Part shown: piece after piece, positions 1-10,248 of the stretch
Layout: every line of letters starts with the position of its first letter
Numbering within the stretch: position 1 is the stretch's first letter
Source of the DNA: an uncultured Chloroflexia bacterium
GTDB lineage: Bacteria; Chloroflexota; Anaerolineae; CG2-30-64-16
DNA: 64,000 bases
NCBI GenBank assembly: GCA_963810095.1
Contig: CAWEMM010000014.1
Location: forward strand, 224,001 to 288,000
Reading direction: 5' to 3'
Notes under the pieces: generated by a model
Told to the model about the DNA's origin: nothing
The model's database searches: none
What the model saw: only the letters and a program-made list of their open reading frames with translations
Made by a program: the position numbers and the translations under genes

Positions 1-1822
1 CCGGCTCGCCGGTGACCGGGTGGGCCAGCCCCCCGAACATCCTGCCAAACGACCTTGCGTGCTGCTCGGCCAGGATTTCCGTCGGCGCCATAATCGCGCC
101 CTGGCATCCGTTGGTCACCGCCAACCACAGGGCCGCGGCGGCAACCGCCGTCTTGCCCGAGCCCACGTCTCCCTGCAGCAGCCGGCCCATTGGCCGTTCG
201 CATGCCATGTCGGCCGCAATCTCGGCCAGGGCGCGCGTTTGTGCCGCCGTCATTGCGAAGGGCAGCGCGGCGAGGAACGGCGCGAGCCGCGCCGCGTCGG
301 TCTGCAGCGGCTTCGCGGGAGTGCCCTGGAACCGCTGGCGAGCTGCCAGCACGCCCAGCTGCAGGACGAGAAACTCGTCGAAGCTCAGCCGGCGGTGTGC
401 CGCGGCCAGCTGGTCATGGTTGTCGGGGAAGTGGATCTGCCGGATTGCACGTGGCAGGGTCAATAGCCCGAACGACTCGCGGAGGTCGGAAGGCAGGAAG
501 TCGGGCAGTTCCTCGCCCCACTCGTCCAGCACGGGCTTGATGACCCCGCGCAGCCAGCGCTCGCTGAGCCCCTCGGTCAGCGGATACACCGGCGACAGCC
601 GGCCCGTGCTCAGCAGGTTGCGGTCCAGCGGCTCGAACTCAGGGCTTCGCATGACCAACGAGCTGCGATACGACTCGATCTTTCCGGCGAAGGAATAGGC
701 CTGGCCGATCCGCAGCTGCTTCTCGATCCACGGGTTGAACCAGGTCATCTCCATTTCCGCTGTCCCGTCGCCGATGCGGGCCGTGACGACCTTCCGGTCG
801 CTGCCGACGTCGCGCGAGCGCACGCCCCAGACGGTGGCGATGACAGTGACCTCTTCGCCCACCTGCAGCCTATCGATGGTCTTCAGCTGGCTCCAGTCGT
901 TGTAGCGGAAGGGCAGCATGTAGAGCAGGTCCCGCACGGTCTCGACGCCGAGCTTGCCCAGCTTCTCCGCGAATGCCGGTCCGACCCCGGGCAGGCGAAT
1001 CACCGGCGCGTCGAGGCCGGGGCCGGCGCGGCGCTGGAGCGCACGGGGTTCCGGCCGTGGCTCGGGGCGAGGCTCGGGACGCACGTCGAACCTGGGCCCG
1101 ATGCGGCCCTCGTCGCGGAGCGGCGCTGCTGGTTCAGACGCTGTCTCGACCGGCGGGGCGGGGGGCGGCGTCTGCGACGGTCGCGCATTGGAGGGCCGCA
1201 CCTCCGGAGGCGCCGGCGATACTGGCTTACTGTATTTTGGGATGTGGAGGTCCCCGCGCTCGGAAGCGGCGCGCTCAGCAGCAGCGCGCTCAGCAGCGGT
1301 TCGCTCGGGGGCGGCGCGCTCGGGCGCGATGCGCTCGACAGCGGCATGTTCATGAGGCGCTTGTTCGCGTGCACCTGGCTCGCCGCTGTCCCCTTCCGTG
1401 CTCTTGCCGGCCGGGGTGACTGCGTCCTGTTCGGCCCGCTCCAGCGTCGCGGGCTCGCTCTCGGCCGGGGCCGGCATATGGATGCCTGCTCCCGCAGATG
1501 GGGCCGTCACGCTCGGCCGCCCGGCCTGAGCGGGCACGCCCGGCAAGTCCCGCGGACCCTCGCCGTTCGCCAAGCTCTGAGCTCGCCGGACGATCAGGTC
1601 CAAAATTCGCTCGCGGGCCGTGCGATCTTCCACGACCGCGTAGCCCAAGAGCAGCGAGACGATCTCGCCGATGACCGGGCTGTTGCCGGTTTCCGCCCGT
1701 GCGTCCGACTCCCACCGGCTGGCGAACTTGTCCAGGCCGCCGATCACGGCCTTGTTGCGATAGCCTTGTTTGCGCTCCAGGTCGAGGACCTTGAGCAAGC
1801 GGGTTATAGCACTATCCATCAT
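1..1822 (-). CDS. recG: ATP-dependent DNA helicase RecG, N-terminal part (runs off left edge)
   Basis: Not in the ORF track (no stop in window). Manual translation: MMDSAITRLLKVLDLERKQGYRNKAVIGGLDKF... a Pro/Ala/Glu/Arg linker, then GLDAPVIRLPGVGPAFAEKLGKLGVETVRDLLYMLPFRYND (wedge-domain start) in the same frame; lies downstream of DAK2/DegV genes as is common for recG. Confidence 0.9.
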   Translation of the reverse strand, partial: MMDSAITRLLKVLDLERKQGYRNKAVIGGLDKFASRWESDARAETGNSPVIGEIVSLLLGYAVVEDRTARERILDLIVRRAQSLANGEGPRDLPGVPAQAGRPSVTAPSAGAGIHMPAPAESEPATLERAEQDAVTPAGKSTEGDSGEPGAREQAPHEHAAVERIAPERAAPERTAAERAAAERAASERGDLHIPKYSKPVSPAPPEVRPSNARPSQTPPPAPPVETASEPAAPLRDEGRIGPRFDVRPEPRPEPRPEPRALQRRAGPGLDAPVIRLPGVGPAFAEKLGKLGVETVRDLLYMLPFRYNDWSQLKTIDRLQVGEEVTVIATVWGVRSRDVGSDRKVVTARIGDGTAEMEMTWFNPWIEKQLRIGQAYSFAGKIESYRSSLVMRSPEFEPLDRNLLSTGRLSPVYPLTEGLSERWLRGVIKPVLDEWGEELPDFLPSDLRESFGLLTLPRAIRQIHFPDNHDQLAAAHRRLSFDEFLVLQLGVLAARQRFQGTPAKPLQTDAARLAPFLAALPFAMTAAQTRALAEIAADMACERPMGRLLQGDVGSGKTAVAAAALWLAVTNGCQGAIMAPTEILAEQHARSFGRMFGGLAHPVTGEP

Positions 1823-1834
1823 TGCCTCAGCCCG

Positions 1835-2683
1835 TCACCGGGTTCCTTCGTAGACCATCACGCCCAAGGCCCGCGGCCCGATATGGACGGCGAGCGAAGG
1901 CGTGTAGCCAACCACCGAGAACTCCTGGCGCGGGAACGCTTCTTCCAACCGCTCGAGGAGCTGTGCGGCCTCGGCCTCGAAGCCGTAGTGCACCAGGTAA
2001 AGCTGGTCGATGCGCGAGAACTCGACGACGAAATCGTACAATTCCTCGACCGCCCGGCTGTAGGTCTTGACCTTCTCCATGGGGATCAGGTCGCCGTCCT
2101 CCATCGTGGCCAGAGGCTTCAGGTCCAGCATAGTGCCGAGCAGCGTTTGCGCCGGGCCCAGCCGGCCCCAGGCTTCGAGGAAGTCGAGCGAATCGGAGAA
2201 GAACATGGCGTACATGTGCGGGATCATGCCGCGCACGATCTTGACGACCTCAGCCTGGGAAGCACCTTCCGCGGCCGCGCGCGCGGCCGCCTCGACGATG
2301 ATGCCCAAGGCGGCCGAGGTAGTCTGCGTATCAATCACGATGATGCGCTGGCGCCCCATGAACCCCGACGATGCGCGGCGAGCCACCTCGCCCACGTCGA
2401 ACAGCGCGCTGGACCCGTGAATACAGACGACGCTGTCTGTCACCTGGCCCAGCCGCGCAAACAGCTGCTGCACTTGCGCCACGCTCGGCGACTCGACGGT
2501 GACGCTTTTGCCGTCGGCGGCCAGCCGGCGCATGAACGTCTCGTCGGTCTGGTTGATCCGTTCCGGGTAGGTCTGCTGCCCGGCGCGGACGATCAATGGG
2601 ATGACCTCGATGCCCAGTTGGGCGATGGAGGCCGTTTGCGGCAGGTACGCGCTGCTGTCGGTGACGATTTTGACCTGTGCCAC
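1835..2683 (-). CDS. DegV family fatty-acid-binding protein (FakB-like)
   Basis: N-terminal IVTDSSAYLP, LEAWGRLG, LDLKPL and C-terminal VHIGPRALG motifs; adjacent to DAK2 protein. Confidence 0.92.
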   Translation of the reverse strand: MAQVKIVTDSSAYLPQTASIAQLGIEVIPLIVRAGQQTYPERINQTDETFMRRLAADGKSVTVESPSVAQVQQLFARLGQVTDSVVCIHGSSALFDVGEVARRASSGFMGRQRIIVIDTQTTSAALGIIVEAAARAAAEGASQAEVVKIVRGMIPHMYAMFFSDSLDFLEAWGRLGPAQTLLGTMLDLKPLATMEDGDLIPMEKVKTYSRAVEELYDFVVEFSRIDQLYLVHYGFEAEAAQLLERLEEAFPRQEFSVVGYTPSLAVHIGPRALGVMVYEGTR

Positions 2684-2796
2684 TTCGTCCTCGTGTTCCT
2701 TCTTGCCACGCAGGCCATGTAGGCAAGCAGAGTGCCTCTGCTAGCCCTGAGACCCCGCCGGCTACTATCGTTATCGGTCCGTGATCGGTTACAGCC

Positions 2797-4617
2797 TCAT
2801 TCGGCGCTGATGATGTAATGATAAAACGGTTGGCCGCCTTCGACCACCTCAATCTCTTGCTCGGGATAACGCTCGGCGAGGGCTTCACGTAACGCTTCGG
2901 CTTCGCTCAAGGTCACGGGCGCGCCGTAGTAGAGCGTGATCACCTCGCGCTGGGCCGCATCCATCTGCTCGAGCAGCATGACCACGACCTCCTCGGGCGT
3001 CGCGCCCTTCGCCGACAGCGTGTCGTTGAGCAGGCCGATCACGTCCCCCGCGACCACCTCGATCCCGTCAAAACGGGCATTTTGCACGGCTTTCGTAACT
3101 TCGCCCGTCTGCACCTGCTTTGCGGCGTGCGTCATGCTGGCCGTGTTATGCGCAAGGTCGCCGTGTGGGTTCAGGGCCAGCAGCGCACTGATGCCCTGGG
3201 GGATGCTCTTCGACGGCACGACTGCGACGTTCTTGCCCGCGCCTGCTGCCAGTGCCTGCGCCTGGTTCGCGGCCATGACGATGTTACCGTTGTTCGGCAG
3301 CACCATCACGTCGGGGACCGGCAGGTGGAGGATCGCGTCGAGCAAATCCTGGGTGCTCGGGTTCATGGTTTGCCCGCCGGATATAATGCAGTGGCTGCCC
3401 AGGCTGCGGAACACCTTCGCCAGCCCTTCGCCCGGCACCACGGCAATGATCCCAATCCCCTCGACGTGCTCGGTCTCGCACCCCATGGCCGATGCCTCGC
3501 TGGGCCGCTGGACGCCGGGCGTGCTGACCTCGAAGCGGGGCGGCACGGGATCGTAGCCGGCCGGCATATCGGGAATGGACATATCGTCCATGTTTTCCAC
3601 GACGACGTCCGTCACAAAACCGAGGCTGATCGCATAGGAAAGGGCGACGCCCGGGTTCGGCACGTGGACGTGAACCTTGACGAGACCCCGGTCGCCTTCC
3701 ACCAGCGGACAATCGCCCATCGCAGTGATGTGGTCGCGGATCGCGGCGACGTCGAGGCCGGGACCCTCGACGAGAAACTGGACGTCGAAACCGTGCACCA
3801 GGGCCGGAAGCTCGCGCTGGCCCTTATTCGGCCGCGGCGCAGCCGGCGCGGCCGCTGCTGCGCTGACCGGTGCGCCCGCCTCCGTGACGCCCAGGCCGGT
3901 CAACTCACGAAACATGCCCTCCAGGATGAAGAACAGCCCCTTGCCGCCGCTGTCGACCTTCCCCGCTTGGGCGAGCACGGGCAGCAGGTTCGGCGTGTTC
4001 GCCACGGCTCGATCTGCCGCAACGACGGCTCGACCCATCACCGTGGCAAGCTCAGGCTCGGGCGCATTGCCCTCGCCATGGGTGCCCGTCCCATCCGTCA
4101 GCGCTTCGGCCGCGGTCGCCGCCTCACGCACTACCGTAAGGATCGTGCCCTCCACCGGCCGGTTGACGCCTTTATACGCGATCCGGCTGCCTTCAGCGAG
4201 AGCGGCGGCAAAGGCGCGGCCCGTGAGCACGTGTTCTTCCGCCAGGCTCTTCGCCATGCCGCGCAGGATCTGGGAGAGAATCACGCCCGAGTTCCCGCGG
4301 GCGCCCATCAGTGCGCCGTGCGCCGCGGCCTTGGCCACCTCTCCCACCGATGCTGCCCGTTCGTCCGTGATCTCTCGGCAGGCCGACTTCATCGTCAGCA
4401 GCATGTTCGTGCCCGTGTCGCCATCGGGCACCGGAAACACGTTCAGCGCGTTTACGATCTCGTGATGGCGTTCCAGCCAGGTCTGCCCGGCCACGAGCAA
4501 CTCGCGGAACCGGGCCCCCTCGACGGGCGCAGACCTGGCCGGGTCAACCTTTGGGCCCACGGCGGGGTCACTGGCTTGGGGGTCGCCAGGACTCAAATGA
4601 GGGTTATTCACTGCCAA
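2797..4617 (-). CDS. DAK2-domain protein, fatty acid kinase catalytic subunit (FakA/YloV-like)
   Basis: NALNVFPVPDGDTGTNM, GARGNSGVILSQ, GGQTMNPS, GGQPFYHYIISAE motifs; start placed at TTG after GGAGG (GTG at 4611 is an alternative). Confidence 0.92.
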   Translation of the reverse strand: MAVNNPHLSPGDPQASDPAVGPKVDPARSAPVEGARFRELLVAGQTWLERHHEIVNALNVFPVPDGDTGTNMLLTMKSACREITDERAASVGEVAKAAAHGALMGARGNSGVILSQILRGMAKSLAEEHVLTGRAFAAALAEGSRIAYKGVNRPVEGTILTVVREAATAAEALTDGTGTHGEGNAPEPELATVMGRAVVAADRAVANTPNLLPVLAQAGKVDSGGKGLFFILEGMFRELTGLGVTEAGAPVSAAAAAPAAPRPNKGQRELPALVHGFDVQFLVEGPGLDVAAIRDHITAMGDCPLVEGDRGLVKVHVHVPNPGVALSYAISLGFVTDVVVENMDDMSIPDMPAGYDPVPPRFEVSTPGVQRPSEASAMGCETEHVEGIGIIAVVPGEGLAKVFRSLGSHCIISGGQTMNPSTQDLLDAILHLPVPDVMVLPNNGNIVMAANQAQALAAGAGKNVAVVPSKSIPQGISALLALNPHGDLAHNTASMTHAAKQVQTGEVTKAVQNARFDGIEVVAGDVIGLLNDTLSAKGATPEEVVVMLLEQMDAAQREVITLYYGAPVTLSEAEALREALAERYPEQEIEVVEGGQPFYHYIISAE

Positions 4618-4655
4618 CGAAGTAGTCCTCCGAAAAAGCCGGGATGAGCCGGGTG

Positions 4656-5012
4656 TCAATCGCCGTTGGGCATGCGGAGCCCCTGGACGTGAACGTTTAC
4701 CTCGGCGACGGGCACCCCGAGCGCCTGCTCCAGCGCGTACTGGACACCGTGCATAACACCGTGCGCCACCTCAGAGATGCGCGTGCCGTACTGGACGATC
4801 ACGTACAGGTCGACGCTCACTTTCCCGTCGCGGACGCGCACCTCTACTCCGCGACCCCAGCGGTCGGGCGCGAGGAGGTCGGCAATGCCGTCGATGAGGT
4901 TCTTGTTCGCCATGCCAACCACACCGTAGCAGCGCAGCACGGCCTCGCCGGCCATCGTGGCGATCGCTTGGGGCGAGATTTCAATCCGGCCGGTCTTTCT
5001 CTCCTCAGTCAT
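4656..5012 (-). CDS. Asp23/Gls24 family protein (YloU-like)
   Basis: GRIEIS..CYGVVGMA..YGTRISEVA..VNVHVQGL; conserved rpmB-yloU-yloV synteny. Confidence 0.9.
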   Translation of the reverse strand: MTEERKTGRIEISPQAIATMAGEAVLRCYGVVGMANKNLIDGIADLLAPDRWGRGVEVRVRDGKVSVDLYVIVQYGTRISEVAHGVMHGVQYALEQALGVPVAEVNVHVQGLRMPNGD

Positions 5013-5227
5013 ACGATCCCTTTCAGTCAGCGGGAGGATAAGGCCCCCCATCACTTTTGCACAACCTACCGGTTTGTGGTACTATACTGCTTACTTGTGG
5101 CCGGGCGCCCCCTGGGTTGGCTCGGTCTGTGTTTGTATAAGCGAGTTCGTCCAACGTGACGCCGTCCCATGTGGCGCAGTCACGGATGACGCAGTTGCGA
5201 AATCGTACCACTACTCGGGGGGACATC

Positions 5228-5419
5228 ATGGCCAAGTGTGAAGTTTGCGGCAAGGGGCCACAGTTCGGAAACAACGTCAGCCACTCGATGCGCCACACGC
5301 GGCGCCGCTGGAACGTCAACGTGCAGCGGATGAGCGTCAACGTGAACGGCGTTCAGAAGAAGCAATACGTGTGCGCCCAGTGCATCAAGACGATGCGCAA
5401 GGCGACGGCGGCGAAGTAA
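5228..5419 (+). CDS. rpmB: 50S ribosomal protein L28 (zinc-ribbon form)
   Basis: [33 protein letters not shown]...VCAQCIK. Confidence 0.97.
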   Translation: MAKCEVCGKGPQFGNNVSHSMRHTRRRWNVNVQRMSVNVNGVQKKQYVCAQCIKTMRKATAAK

Positions 5420-5549
5420 CACAGCGCTCCCTGCCAACTCGACTGCATGCGGCCGGCGCCATCGCCGGCTGTTTGCTTTTAACGAGCCTGCGTCCACCGG
5501 CCTGTGCGGCACGGGACGCAGCCGACCTGAGATCGGACTGATCTTCCTG

Positions 5550-6224
5550 TTAGCGCGCGGGCTGACTTGCATTCACCGCGTCGCGTAATGCCCCGATCCC
5601 GCCCCCGGGGCCACCCTGGTGCTTGAAAACCGCAGTGCCGGCCACCAGCACGTTTGCGCCCGCGGCAACCACGTCGCCCGCCGTGCTCGCGTCGATGCCG
5701 CCATCCACCTCGATATCGATCTCCCGGCCGGTCACCCTGATCATTTCGGCCAGCCGCGCGATCTTGTCCGTCATGGTCGGGATGTAGCTCTGGCCGCCGA
5801 ACCCGGGATTCACCGACATAATCAGCACCTGGTCCACAAACGGCAGGATCTCGCGCACGGTCTCGAGCGAAGTCGCGGGATTGAGCGTGACGCTCGGCCG
5901 CGCGCCCAGGCCGCGTATCTGCTGGATGACCCGGTGCAGGTGGGGGCACGCTTCCACGTGGACGCTGAGGATCGACGCGCCGGCGTCGACAAAATCGGCA
6001 ACGTAGCGCTCGGGCTGCGTGATCATGAGGTGGACGTCGAGCGGCAGCCGGCTGACCCTTTTCAGCGCAGCCACGACCGGCAAACCGATGCTGATGTTGG
6101 GCACAAAATGGCCGTCCATCACGTCGACGTGTACATAGTCGGCGCCGCCGGCTTCAATCGCCCGGATGGCTTCCCCGAGGCGAGCGAAATCGGCGGATAG
6201 GATGGACGGCGCGATCTTTACCAC
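5550..6224 (-). CDS. rpe: Ribulose-phosphate 3-epimerase
   Basis: [39 protein letters not shown] motifs; GTG start. Confidence 0.96.
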   Translation of the reverse strand: MVKIAPSILSADFARLGEAIRAIEAGGADYVHVDVMDGHFVPNISIGLPVVAALKRVSRLPLDVHLMITQPERYVADFVDAGASILSVHVEACPHLHRVIQQIRGLGARPSVTLNPATSLETVREILPFVDQVLIMSVNPGFGGQSYIPTMTDKIARLAEMIRVTGREIDIEVDGGIDASTAGDVVAAGANVLVAGTAVFKHQGGPGGGIGALRDAVNASQPAR

Positions 6225-6542
6225 GAATTCCCCCTGGTGGCGGCCGCACGGCATTGGGCGCCGCATGCATACTCGCTGCGGAAAAGCGCTAAAACGACAC
6301 AGCAGAGCCGAACCCACGCGGTCCGGCTCCAACACTCGACACGAAAACTGCGTGGCCATAATACAACAGAACAGGGTGAAGCGCAAAGCTCGGGCCATAA
6401 TCACCGCGGCTGTGCGGTCACTCCTGCGAGTTGGGATGAAACTTTCCTGCACCGGCTGCGTAAAGTAAATAGACTGAGATAGTTAGGTTCCGCGTGGTGC
6501 TTAACACGTGGGCCATCGCAGAGGAAGCACAGGGAGGGCATT

Positions 6543-7055
6543 ATGACCGAGGAACCGAAGGTCGACGAGACCATGGGTAGCGAAGAGATGGGCAGCGCGG
6601 GGCAGACGACGACCGAGCGCAGCATCGCGGACGAACTCGCGAAGCTGGGCCAGCAGTTGGCCGCCGCGGCCCGCACGGCGTGGGAGAGCGAAGACCGCAA
6701 GCGCCTGCAGAGCGAGATCACGACCGGCGTGCAGCGCTTCGGCCAGGAGATCTCCACCGCGGCAAGCAAGGCAGTCGAGAGCGACCAGGCCAAGGAACTG
6801 AAGACGCGCGCCACCCGGGTGGCCGAGGACGTGCAGAAGACCGACGTGATCGAGGAAGTTCGCAAGGGCTTGCTGGTCGGCCTGGAAGCCATCAACCGCG
6901 AGCTCGGCAAGATGCTCGAGCGCATGGAGCCGAAGGCCGGCACGACTGAGGTCGGGTCCCCGTTCACCGATACGACCGGCGGCGAGACCGTTGTCGTCGC
7001 CGAAACGCCCATCGTGCCCGACGTGACCCCGGACGAGGAAAACCCCGTCGCGTAG
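6543..7055 (+). CDS. Hypothetical acidic helical/coiled-coil protein
   Basis: 170 aa ORF with GGAGG RBS, host-like codon usage, amphipathic helical repeats; no recognisable motif. Confidence 0.7.
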   Translation: MTEEPKVDETMGSEEMGSAGQTTTERSIADELAKLGQQLAAAARTAWESEDRKRLQSEITTGVQRFGQEISTAASKAVESDQAKELKTRATRVAEDVQKTDVIEEVRKGLLVGLEAINRELGKMLERMEPKAGTTEVGSPFTDTTGGETVVVAETPIVPDVTPDEENPVA

Positions 7056-7078
7056 ACGGCCTCGATACCAAGTTACAG

Positions 7079-7142
7079 CAAACCAGGTTTCGCCCCAACA
7101 CGCTGCGACGGCAGGCAGTTGGGGGCGCCGAAGCCTGGTTTG
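7079..7142. terminator. Hairpin between convergent genes (likely bidirectional terminator / REP-like)
   Basis: CAAACCAGGTTTCG...CCCCAAC...GTTGGGG...CGAAGCCTGGTTTG followed by TTTATT. Confidence 0.6.
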
Positions 7143-7157
7143 TTTATTGTCCGGATC

Positions 7158-8609
7158 TCAGCTGCCCCCACCCTCCGGCGTCACGGCCTGCTCGTCGGCC
7201 ATGAGTTGGAAGACGTTCCAGCTCGCCCGGGCCAGGTCGCCCATGGTGGGGCTCGAGTAGGCCCATTCGAGCCACGTCGGGCGGTACAGGAACACCGAAA
7301 GCACAAACGGCCCTGCCGGCCCCCAAATCGCCGCCACGTCCCCATGCGTGTCGGGCACGTACCCGTGCTTGTGCACGGCTTTGGCGCCCTGGGGCAGCCC
7401 GCCCACGATCATCTCCTTCATCTCGTTAAGCGACATGAAGTCGAGCGCTTGCTGGCACTCCTCGGGCGTGATCTTGTTGTCATACAGCGCGATGAGCGTG
7501 CCGCCGCCCTGACTGCACGAGACCAGCATCTCGAGCGCGCTCCCGATGTCGCGCGGGGTCGTCTGCATGTACGGATCGGGCTGCGTGTTCATGTCCTTGC
7601 GCTGGTTCGCCTCGGTCACGATGTGCGGCGGGACGGCCATCTTGCGGTCGTACGGCGCAGCCATAAACGTGTTCGTCATCCCCAGCGCCTTGAACTGCTT
7701 GTTCATTTCCGCGACCCCGCGGTCCCAGTCGCCGTCGCCTACGATGCCCAACATCAAGTTCGCCGTGAAGTTCCCGCTGTGCATCATCGTTTCGCTGATC
7801 ACCTTGCTCGTCTCGATCCCAGGCGGCTGATCCAGCTTCCGGTAGACCTGTTCGAGGATGCCGATCTTGAGCGTGCTCGTGCCGGCGTAGGCCACATCCG
7901 CGTTGATCGCAATCTCTTCGCCTGTGGGCAAGTAGTGCAGCCAAACACTTCCGATGCCCGGGAACTGGTCGAGGCGGGCCTGCAGGAGCGATCCCAACGC
8001 CTTCACGTCGATCGGCTGGGGCGGGGTCACCTTCGTCGGCAGCTTCACCGACCGCGTCCCGGGACTGGCCAGGCCCGCAATCAACATCTTCTTGGCCTCG
8101 ACGCGGTCCGTTTCGAGGCCCGGCTTGCCGGGGGTCAGCGTTAGCGATTCCAGCACGGGCACGGGCGCGCCGGGCGGCCGGTCGTGCGTTTTGATCGCCT
8201 CGTCCAGCCAGGCGTCGAGCGCGGCTTCGTCATACCGGTAGTGCAAGGGGATGTCTACGGTCCGGGGCGTCCGCTCGAGCGAGTGCTCGACCAGGTAGCG
8301 CACCAGGAGGCCGGGCTGGTCCTGCGCCTGAGCCTCCTTGAGCATCGCGTACACGTCGACCTGGAACCCCACCGTCTCAGGCCGCAGCACCAGGCGCTCA
8401 TCGCCATGCCATACTTCGAGCGGCTCTTTCAGGCCCTGCGTCAGCGACGTCATCGCTTCGCTCTCGCTGGCGCCGTACACTTCGAGGCCGCCGACGCGTA
8501 CCCAGGCAGGCACGACGCCCGCCGTGCGCCGGTAACGGATGTAGGGCAGCGACAGAACTGCGACTGCGACGAGCAGCAGGATCAGCACTATCCGAAAAGT
8601 CTTACGCAA
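7158..8609 (-). CDS. Membrane-anchored serine hydrolase, class A beta-lactamase/PBP-like, with putative peptidoglycan-binding (PG_binding_4-like) N-domain
   Basis: N-terminal TM helix; SxxK (STLK), SGN and HKHG motifs corresponding to SxxK/SDN/KTG; MQTTPRD. Confidence 0.8.
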   Translation of the reverse strand: MRKTFRIVLILLLVAVAVLSLPYIRYRRTAGVVPAWVRVGGLEVYGASESEAMTSLTQGLKEPLEVWHGDERLVLRPETVGFQVDVYAMLKEAQAQDQPGLLVRYLVEHSLERTPRTVDIPLHYRYDEAALDAWLDEAIKTHDRPPGAPVPVLESLTLTPGKPGLETDRVEAKKMLIAGLASPGTRSVKLPTKVTPPQPIDVKALGSLLQARLDQFPGIGSVWLHYLPTGEEIAINADVAYAGTSTLKIGILEQVYRKLDQPPGIETSKVISETMMHSGNFTANLMLGIVGDGDWDRGVAEMNKQFKALGMTNTFMAAPYDRKMAVPPHIVTEANQRKDMNTQPDPYMQTTPRDIGSALEMLVSCSQGGGTLIALYDNKITPEECQQALDFMSLNEMKEMIVGGLPQGAKAVHKHGYVPDTHGDVAAIWGPAGPFVLSVFLYRPTWLEWAYSSPTMGDLARASWNVFQLMADEQAVTPEGGGS

Positions 8610-8610
8610 C

Positions 8611-10203
8611 TTACTCCCACTCGATCGTGGCCGGAGGTTTCGAGCTTACGTCGTACACGACGCGATTCACTCCCGGCACCTCGTTGACAATGCGGTTGCT
8701 GATGCGTGCCAGTACGTCATAGGGCAGCCGGGCCCAGTCTGCCGTCATGAAGTCGTCCGTGGTGACCGCACGTATCGCTGCGGTGTCGGCATAGGTCCGG
8801 CCGTCGCCCATGACGCCGACCGAGCGCACCGGGAGCAGCACGACAAAGGCCTGCGACACCGCACGGTAGAGGCCGGCCGCCCGCAGTTCTTCGAGAAAAA
8901 TCGCATCCGCCCGGCGCAGCGTCTCCAGTCGCTCCCAGGTCACCTCGCCGATGATGCGGATGGCGAGGCCCGGACCGGGGAAGGGATGGCGCCAGACGAT
9001 TTCTTCAGGCAGGCCGAGCGCCTCGCCCACCAGACGCACTTCGTCCTTGAACAGGTTCCGCAGCGGCTCGATGAGCTTGAACTGCATATCTTCGGGCAAG
9101 CCACCGACGTTGTGGTGCGTCTTGATGGTGCGTGCGGTGCGCTGCTCCCCCCGGCTCGCCGACTCGATCACGTCGGGGTAGAGCGTGCCCTGGGCCAGGT
9201 ACTGGGCCGGGACCGCAGCCTTCGACCCCATCGCCGGCTGCTCAGCGCGCTCGGTCAAGGCTGCGTCCGCGGCGGCAGCCTCGAAGACCCGCACGAAGCG
9301 CTTGCCGATCCGTTTGCGCTTCTGCTCCGGGTCGGTGACCCCGGCCAGGTCGGCGAGGAAGTCCTCGGTCGCATTGATTGCGGCCAGCCGCATCCCCATG
9401 TGGCGCTGGAACGTTTCAATGACCTGGCTCGCTTCGCCCTGGCGCAGCAGCCCGTGGTCGACGAACACGCAGGTGAGTTGATCGCCAATGGCCCGGTGGA
9501 TGAGCGCGGCCGCGACGGCGGAGTCGACCCCGCCGCTGAGACCGCACACCACCCGGCCGTCGCCCACCTGCTTGCGGATGCCCTCGACCGACTCGACAAT
9601 GAAGTTCGCGGCGGTCCAATCGGGCCGGCAGCCGCAGATGTCGAGCACGAAGTTGTGGAGGAGGGCCTTGCCCTGAGGCGTGTGCTGCACTTCCGGGTGG
9701 AACTGGACGCCGTAGAGGCCCTTGGCCGGGTCGCCCATGGCTGCCACGGACGACGGAGTCGTCGCGAGCGGCGTAAAGGTCGGCGGCAGGTCGATCACGT
9801 GGTCGCCGTGGCTCATCCACACGCTCAGCTCGAGCGGCAGACCATAGAACAGCGCGGCGTCTTCGGCGACGACCGTGACGCCTGCATGGCCGTATTCGCG
9901 GCGGGCGGAGGCGTCTACGCGGCCGCCGAGGTTGTGGGCCAGCAGTTGCATCCCGTAGCAGATGCCCAGCACCGGCTTGCCGCTGGCGAGCACGTAGTCG
10001 GGCAGGCGCGGCGCTCCCGGATCATAGACGCTGCTGGGCCCGCCAGACAGGATGAAGCCCCGGGGGTTGAGCTCGGTGATCCGGGCCGCAGGCGCGTCCC
10101 ACGGAACCAGCTCGCAGTAGACGTGCAGCTCACGCACTCGCCGGGTGATGAGCTGCGCCGTCTGAGAGCCGTAGTCCAGGATCGCGATGCTATCGTGCTT
10201 CAT
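8611..10203 (-). CDS. guaA: GMP synthase (glutamine-hydrolysing)
   Basis: [42 protein letters not shown]. Confidence 0.98.
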   Translation of the reverse strand: MKHDSIAILDYGSQTAQLITRRVRELHVYCELVPWDAPAARITELNPRGFILSGGPSSVYDPGAPRLPDYVLASGKPVLGICYGMQLLAHNLGGRVDASARREYGHAGVTVVAEDAALFYGLPLELSVWMSHGDHVIDLPPTFTPLATTPSSVAAMGDPAKGLYGVQFHPEVQHTPQGKALLHNFVLDICGCRPDWTAANFIVESVEGIRKQVGDGRVVCGLSGGVDSAVAAALIHRAIGDQLTCVFVDHGLLRQGEASQVIETFQRHMGMRLAAINATEDFLADLAGVTDPEQKRKRIGKRFVRVFEAAAADAALTERAEQPAMGSKAAVPAQYLAQGTLYPDVIESASRGEQRTARTIKTHHNVGGLPEDMQFKLIEPLRNLFKDEVRLVGEALGLPEEIVWRHPFPGPGLAIRIIGEVTWERLETLRRADAIFLEELRAAGLYRAVSQAFVVLLPVRSVGVMGDGRTYADTAAIRAVTTDDFMTADWARLPYDVLARISNRIVNEVPGVNRVVYDVSSKPPATIEWE

Positions 10204-10219
10204 GGTCCAGCCCTTAACA

Positions 10220-10246
10220 AACCGGGTTTCTGCCAGAAACCCGGTT
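10220..10246. repeat. Perfect intergenic palindrome AACCGGGTTTCT-GCC-AGAAACCCGGTT (REP-like)
   Basis: 12-bp perfect inverted repeat between xpt and guaA; related arm AAACCAGGTTTC at 7080. Confidence 0.75.
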
Positions 10247-10248
10247 CG

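Noticed and set aside
1256-1340. CRISPR-like or mobile repeat array
   Set aside because: 15-bp in-frame coding tandem repeats without unique spacers; no cas genes in the window
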